Source: Candidatus Woesearchaeota archaeon (lineage in GTDB: Archaea > Nanobdellota > Nanobdellia > SCGC-AAA011-G17 > GW2011-AR20). Taken from it: a stretch of DNA of 64,000 nt. The stretch is taken from the NCBI GenBank assembly GCA_964419925.1, contig CAYQPR010000001.1, positions 34,865 to 98,864 of the forward strand, written 5' to 3'. Of this stretch, positions 60,205 through 64,000 are shown piece after piece. The notes under the pieces are model-generated. The model searched no databases, had not been told where the DNA came from, and worked only from the letters and a program-made list of their open reading frames with translations. The stretch's first letter is position 1. Each line of letters begins with the position of its first letter. Both the position numbers and the translations under genes were made by a program.

Positions 60205-61025
60205 GTGACTTAATTGTAAATGGAACTAGAACTGCAAGAGAGATTATAATAGAAGATTTAATTAGAAAGGAAGAAGAAGCTATTAGAAATAAGAATAATC
60301 CTGTTGTAATTCCACCAGTAAATTCACCAACTTTTGTTCCAGATGTTCAAGGTACTAAAGATTTTTCATTCCAGGATATGAATGATTTCTGGAGAGTTAA
60401 CGGAGTAAGTTATCAAAATGGAATTTATCAAGTTGATTTATTAAAAACATGCTTAGAAAATAATGCGAGCAAGACACAAGACCAATGGGCGGAATATTCA
60501 AACAATGCAATTAGTAAAAATGAATTTTACGTTGGAAATGCACAATTATATCATTCTTTATTCAGCTCTTTATTTAGGAATAAAGATTCAACTTTTAAAG
60601 ATAGCATAGAAGAAGCAAGAGCTTTTTTACAAAAATCATTCAATGATTATTTGTTAATGACTTTGACAAGAATTAATTATAAGAAAAGTGGAAAGGATGA
60701 AGTAATTCACGATTACAATCTCCCAACACAATTTTCTATTTTAGAAGATATTGTTGGAGCGGATGGATTTGTAACTCAAACTAATCCTCAAAAGGAATTA
60801 AAATCAATTTTAGATTCTAATGATATTGATGAAGTTAATTCTGTTTATAATTGGATAACTAATCAAAATTTATATTTGTGGAGAGTAAACAGCAAGCCAA
60901 AGAAAGATGATACTCGCGTTGTGAGGCTCTACTCTAGCTCGGATGGGGCTGGGCTCAACTGCGTCAGGAATCCCTCTGTCTCGAATCTGGCTCTCGGGGT
61001 GCGTCGTGCAAAAATTTTTCCATAG
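60201..61025 (+). CDS. hypothetical protein whose last ~35 codons lie in an anomalously GC-rich patch
   Basis: ORF is continuous, but 60900-61010 is ~58% GC in a ~28% GC genome. Confidence 0.3.
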   Translation: MSDLIVNGTRTAREIIIEDLIRKEEEAIRNKNNPVVIPPVNSPTFVPDVQGTKDFSFQDMNDFWRVNGVSYQNGIYQVDLLKTCLENNASKTQDQWAEYSNNAISKNEFYVGNAQLYHSLFSSLFRNKDSTFKDSIEEARAFLQKSFNDYLLMTLTRINYKKSGKDEVIHDYNLPTQFSILEDIVGADGFVTQTNPQKELKSILDSNDIDEVNSVYNWITNQNLYLWRVNSKPKKDDTRVVRLYSSSDGAGLNCVRNPSVSNLALGVRRAKIFP

Positions 61026-61032
61026 GAAATAA

Positions 61033-61797
61033 TTAATTCAAAACTAATGAAGCTTTTTTAATATAATTCTCTACTTTTTCTAAATCTAATTTATTATTTT
61101 CTCTTAACGAATCTTCAGCATCAATTGAAACTTGGCTTAGTAAATTTTCATCTACAAGAATTTTAAGTTTATCTACTAAATTATCTCCATTAAATCCGCC
61201 TGCGAATCCAATTGTTAAATATTTAAAATTAGATTTTAATTTTTTATATAATTGTAAATAATCTTCTATTAAAATATCAATGCCCCTTCCCATTGACGGA
61301 TCAATCAATAAATATTCAATATTTTCTTCATATTCTTTAAATCTTGAAACAATTTCATTATGATTCATTTGCAATACTTTTGGAGATGCTTGAAAGATTA
61401 TATTTAGATTTTCAAATCTTTCTTTTATTTTTCTTATTACTTTTGATTCTGGCCAGACAATATTTAATTGTAAGGTATTACATGCTTCGTCTTTATACAA
61501 ATTATAAAATAGTTCTTCAATTTGATCATGTAAACTTTCTGTTTCATTTGTGTGATAATGTATTACATTTATTGCTTTATTTTTTGATTCATTAAATAAA
61601 TGCCTTAAATTTCTTAAATCAGGATATTTTTTATTTAAATTTTCATTTTTTAAGGTTTTATCTGAAACTAAATATCCTAAAAATGGAAGATGATTTGATT
61701 CTAAATTGAATTTATTCTGATTAAATATTTCTATGACTTTAGTTGCTTCTTCTATTGTAGAAATTCCACTAACTCCGATATAAGGTTTATTTTTCAT
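61033..61797 (-). CDS. hypothetical protein
   Basis: 254-aa ORF. Confidence 0.3.
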   Translation of the reverse strand: MKNKPYIGVSGISTIEEATKVIEIFNQNKFNLESNHLPFLGYLVSDKTLKNENLNKKYPDLRNLRHLFNESKNKAINVIHYHTNETESLHDQIEELFYNLYKDEACNTLQLNIVWPESKVIRKIKERFENLNIIFQASPKVLQMNHNEIVSRFKEYEENIEYLLIDPSMGRGIDILIEDYLQLYKKLKSNFKYLTIGFAGGFNGDNLVDKLKILVDENLLSQVSIDAEDSLRENNKLDLEKVENYIKKASLVLN

Positions 61798-61827
61798 ATA
61801 AGTGATATATTGGGAAATATTAAAAAC

Positions 61828-62700
61828 CTATTTAATTAAACCTAGAAGATAAGCTAAGGCATGACTTGCTCTTAATGGTTTTTTTGTTTCTTGTGTTAAT
61901 CTGAAGCTATAATCTAAATTGTTTCTTTGGTCTTGACTTAATCCGAATTTTTCATTACCAAAAATTAAATTTATTTTATTATTTTTGTTTTTATTATAAA
62001 ACTCTTTGAAATTATTTTCATCTAATCTTGAATTTATTGAAAATCCAACTTTAATTCCTTCTATTCTTTTATTTATATTTAAGCTAAAATTTTCATAAGG
62101 AATTCCTTTTGCTTCTTGTTTTGCTTTTTCAACTAAACCTATATTTTTTGTTAAGATATTTAATGATAAATTGAAAACATAACATAATCTTAGAAAATCT
62201 TTTATTTCTTCTTTGTCTTGAGGATTCTCTAATACAATTTCTATGTTTGACTTATTTTTATCCATTTTAAATTTTTCATAATAATTTATTGGAGCTATAA
62301 ATATTCTGTAATTTGGAATGTTTTGCTTCTTAATAAACTCTATGTAAATTATATTTTCTGGATTTTTTTCATTATGATTTTTTAAAACTGAATTTATCTT
62401 TTTTATTAATGATTTACTTGAAATAGGCATTTTATTTATGAATTTTATTTTAACTAGGTAATCTTTAATATTTATGTTAAAATTATTCTTAAAATTGTTA
62501 AAATTGAACTTTTGCCAATCTTTATACGTTGGAAGTATTTTTTCTATTTCCTCAAAATATAAAATTTTTTCTATATCTTCTTTTGTTTCTAAAATTAAAC
62601 CATTATTTTCATAAAACTCTGCTTGAATAACTTTTTTTATTTTATTTTTTAAGATTTCTTCATCTAATTCGAATTTGTTTAAGATTAGGAGGTATTTCAT
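61828..62700 (-). CDS. hypothetical protein
   Basis: 290-aa ORF overlapping the HEPN gene by 4 nt. Confidence 0.3.
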   Translation of the reverse strand: MKYLLILNKFELDEEILKNKIKKVIQAEFYENNGLILETKEDIEKILYFEEIEKILPTYKDWQKFNFNNFKNNFNINIKDYLVKIKFINKMPISSKSLIKKINSVLKNHNEKNPENIIYIEFIKKQNIPNYRIFIAPINYYEKFKMDKNKSNIEIVLENPQDKEEIKDFLRLCYVFNLSLNILTKNIGLVEKAKQEAKGIPYENFSLNINKRIEGIKVGFSINSRLDENNFKEFYNKNKNNKINLIFGNEKFGLSQDQRNNLDYSFRLTQETKKPLRASHALAYLLGLIK

Positions 62701-63104
62701 AACTTGTCCTTAATTATAGTTTGTAACTTGATTATTAAACTATTAATTTCTTTTAATTTTCTTTCTAAGTAGTCTGTTTTAATAAAAAATCCATCATAAG
62801 CTACCTTATTTCTAGTTACCCTTAGGTCATTGATTAAAGAAATTTCATAACTACTAAACTGTTTGTAATTTGAGCTTAGATATTCTATAGATATTTTATG
62901 CGCTTCTTCACCGTAAGTTTTATAGCCATCTAACAATAGAATAATACTTATTAGCTCCCTAAGAACATCGTAATACTCTTTTAATAAGTTAGAAGGGAAT
63001 TTTTTAATATCAACTTCTTTAATCATTTCCAAAGTTATATCAACCATTTTTAAAATTGAGGCTGCTTTTTCTTTGTTTGGGGTTATTCTTATTAAATTAT
63101 CCAT
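62697..63104 (-). CDS. HEPN-domain protein (partner of the adjacent nucleotidyltransferase)
   Basis: ~135-aa helical protein immediately downstream of, and overlapping, the MNT gene, with an R-x(4-6)-x motif region (RVTRNKVAY). Confidence 0.4.
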   Translation of the reverse strand: MDNLIRITPNKEKAASILKMVDITLEMIKEVDIKKFPSNLLKEYYDVLRELISIILLLDGYKTYGEEAHKISIEYLSSNYKQFSSYEISLINDLRVTRNKVAYDGFFIKTDYLERKLKEINSLIIKLQTIIKDKL

Positions 63105-63644
63105 TTAGAACACCTTCAAATAACCTTTTAGTATTGTTCCATTTATAATATTATTCTTTAATTCTTTACTTAAAATATTAAAATCATTACTAAAAAATAT
63201 ATTTATTTTTCTATTTATTAATTTTTCAAATTTTTTCAAATTGATTTCAGATTTTTTGCATAAAACAAATAAATCAACATCACTATCTTTAAGATCTTCC
63301 CCTTTTGACATCGATCCGAATAGAATTATTACGTCAGGCATTAATTCTTCATTAATAAACTCGATTAATCCAATTTCGTTTAGAAGTGAAATACTATACT
63401 CTTTTTTTTGAAATTTAAAATTTTCATTATCTCTGTTTGCATAATAAACTGGATAGTTATGTATCCTATGTCTTGATCTTAAAATTAGATTCTCTTTTTC
63501 AAATTCTTTTAAATAATTTTTAACTGATGTTGGTGCAAGTTTTATTTTTCTACTTAACTCTCTAAGCTGAAATCCAATCCCTTCTGGTTTTGGATCATCA
63601 AAAAAAATACTCATCAATTTGTATCTGTTATTTTTTTGTAACAT
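63105..63644 (-). CDS. minimal nucleotidyltransferase (MNT) with an N-terminal winged-helix domain
   Basis: ILFGSMSKGEDLKDSDVDLFVL is the GS-x(n)-DxD NTase motif. Confidence 0.6.
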   Translation of the reverse strand: MLQKNNRYKLMSIFFDDPKPEGIGFQLRELSRKIKLAPTSVKNYLKEFEKENLILRSRHRIHNYPVYYANRDNENFKFQKKEYSISLLNEIGLIEFINEELMPDVIILFGSMSKGEDLKDSDVDLFVLCKKSEINLKKFEKLINRKINIFFSNDFNILSKELKNNIINGTILKGYLKVF

Positions 63645-63740
63645 ATGTAATATTATTATAACACTTAATATATAAATGTTGTTGTTTATAGCAATTAATT
63701 CAATAGAAAGGTTTTTATTTAAGCTTTTTGTTGTAAATTT

Positions 63741-64000
63741 ATGGTTTTATCTAATGCTGAAGAAAAAATCTTAAGATCAATAAGAATTGCTTCTGAAAAT
63801 AATCCTAACAAACCTGAATTTCCTCCTGATTCTCCAAAATTTCCTGCTACACCAACTTATCAAATTAAAATTCCTGGTTTTAGTAATGTTTGGCTTAAGG
63901 ATGAAAGTGTAAATCCAACTGGAACCCACAAAGATAGAATGGCTTGGGAGATTGTTGTTACTTATAGAGATTTTTTATTAGCTAAGAAGAATAACCAAAT
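63741..64000 (+). CDS. PLP-dependent fold-type II enzyme (threonine synthase/cysteine synthase-like), 3' partial
   Basis: ESVNPTGTHKDR matches the PLP-lysine motif (NPTGS[FV]KDR). The ORF runs off the window end. Confidence 0.55.
   Translation, partial: MVLSNAEEKILRSIRIASENNPNKPEFPPDSPKFPATPTYQIKIPGFSNVWLKDESVNPTGTHKDRMAWEIVVTYRDFLLAKKNNQ

Noticed and set aside
60900-61012. Tried to fold the GC-rich patch as a tRNA, and to match SRP-RNA and RNase-P conserved motifs.
   Set aside because: No acceptor/T-arm pairing and no GGAAAGUCC-type or SRP domain-IV motifs. Kept only as an unexplained compositional anomaly.

Overview
This is a very AT-rich archaeal chromosome segment of roughly 27-30% GC. 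The combination of DNA gyrase (gyrA/gyrB), a split RNA polymerase B subunit, L7Ae/S28e/L24e and aIF-2gamma/aIF-5B marks it as archaeal; a DPANN- or euryarchaeon-like origin is plausible but is inference. About two thirds of the window is core information-processing genes: gltX, the rpl7ae-rps28e-rpl24e cluster, infB, rps6e, eif2g, gyrBA, fusA (aEF-2), and a long minus-strand operon rpoH-rpoB''-rpoB'-rpoA'-rpoA''-rpl30e-nusA-rps12-rps7. The remainder is accessory. Its main items are: (i) a tightly overlapping minus-strand operon at 54393-59546 that couples two archaeal type IV pilin-like proteins, sharing a Cys-rich C-terminal module, to a MacB/FtsX-type ABC transporter, an exported beta-rich protein and three unknown cytoplasmic proteins; (ii) a ~4 kb segment (47058-51087) bracketed by a 27-bp direct repeat plus an inverted arm, carrying an IS6-family transposase, a Dam-type N6-adenine methyltransferase and an odd tRNA-like gene; (iii) three further unusual tRNA loci (tRNA-Lys with two 12-nt insertions, a tRNA with an ~80-nt intron, and tRNA-Asp), with a free-standing LAGLIDADG ORF between two of them; (iv) a convergent pair of putative PD-(D/E)xK nuclease-fold genes; (v) a 1299-aa zincin plus FG-GAP-repeat surface protein; and (vi) several TA-like modules (PIN/VapB, HEPN/MNT) and a LemA-TPM pair. 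I saw no CRISPR array and no rRNA.
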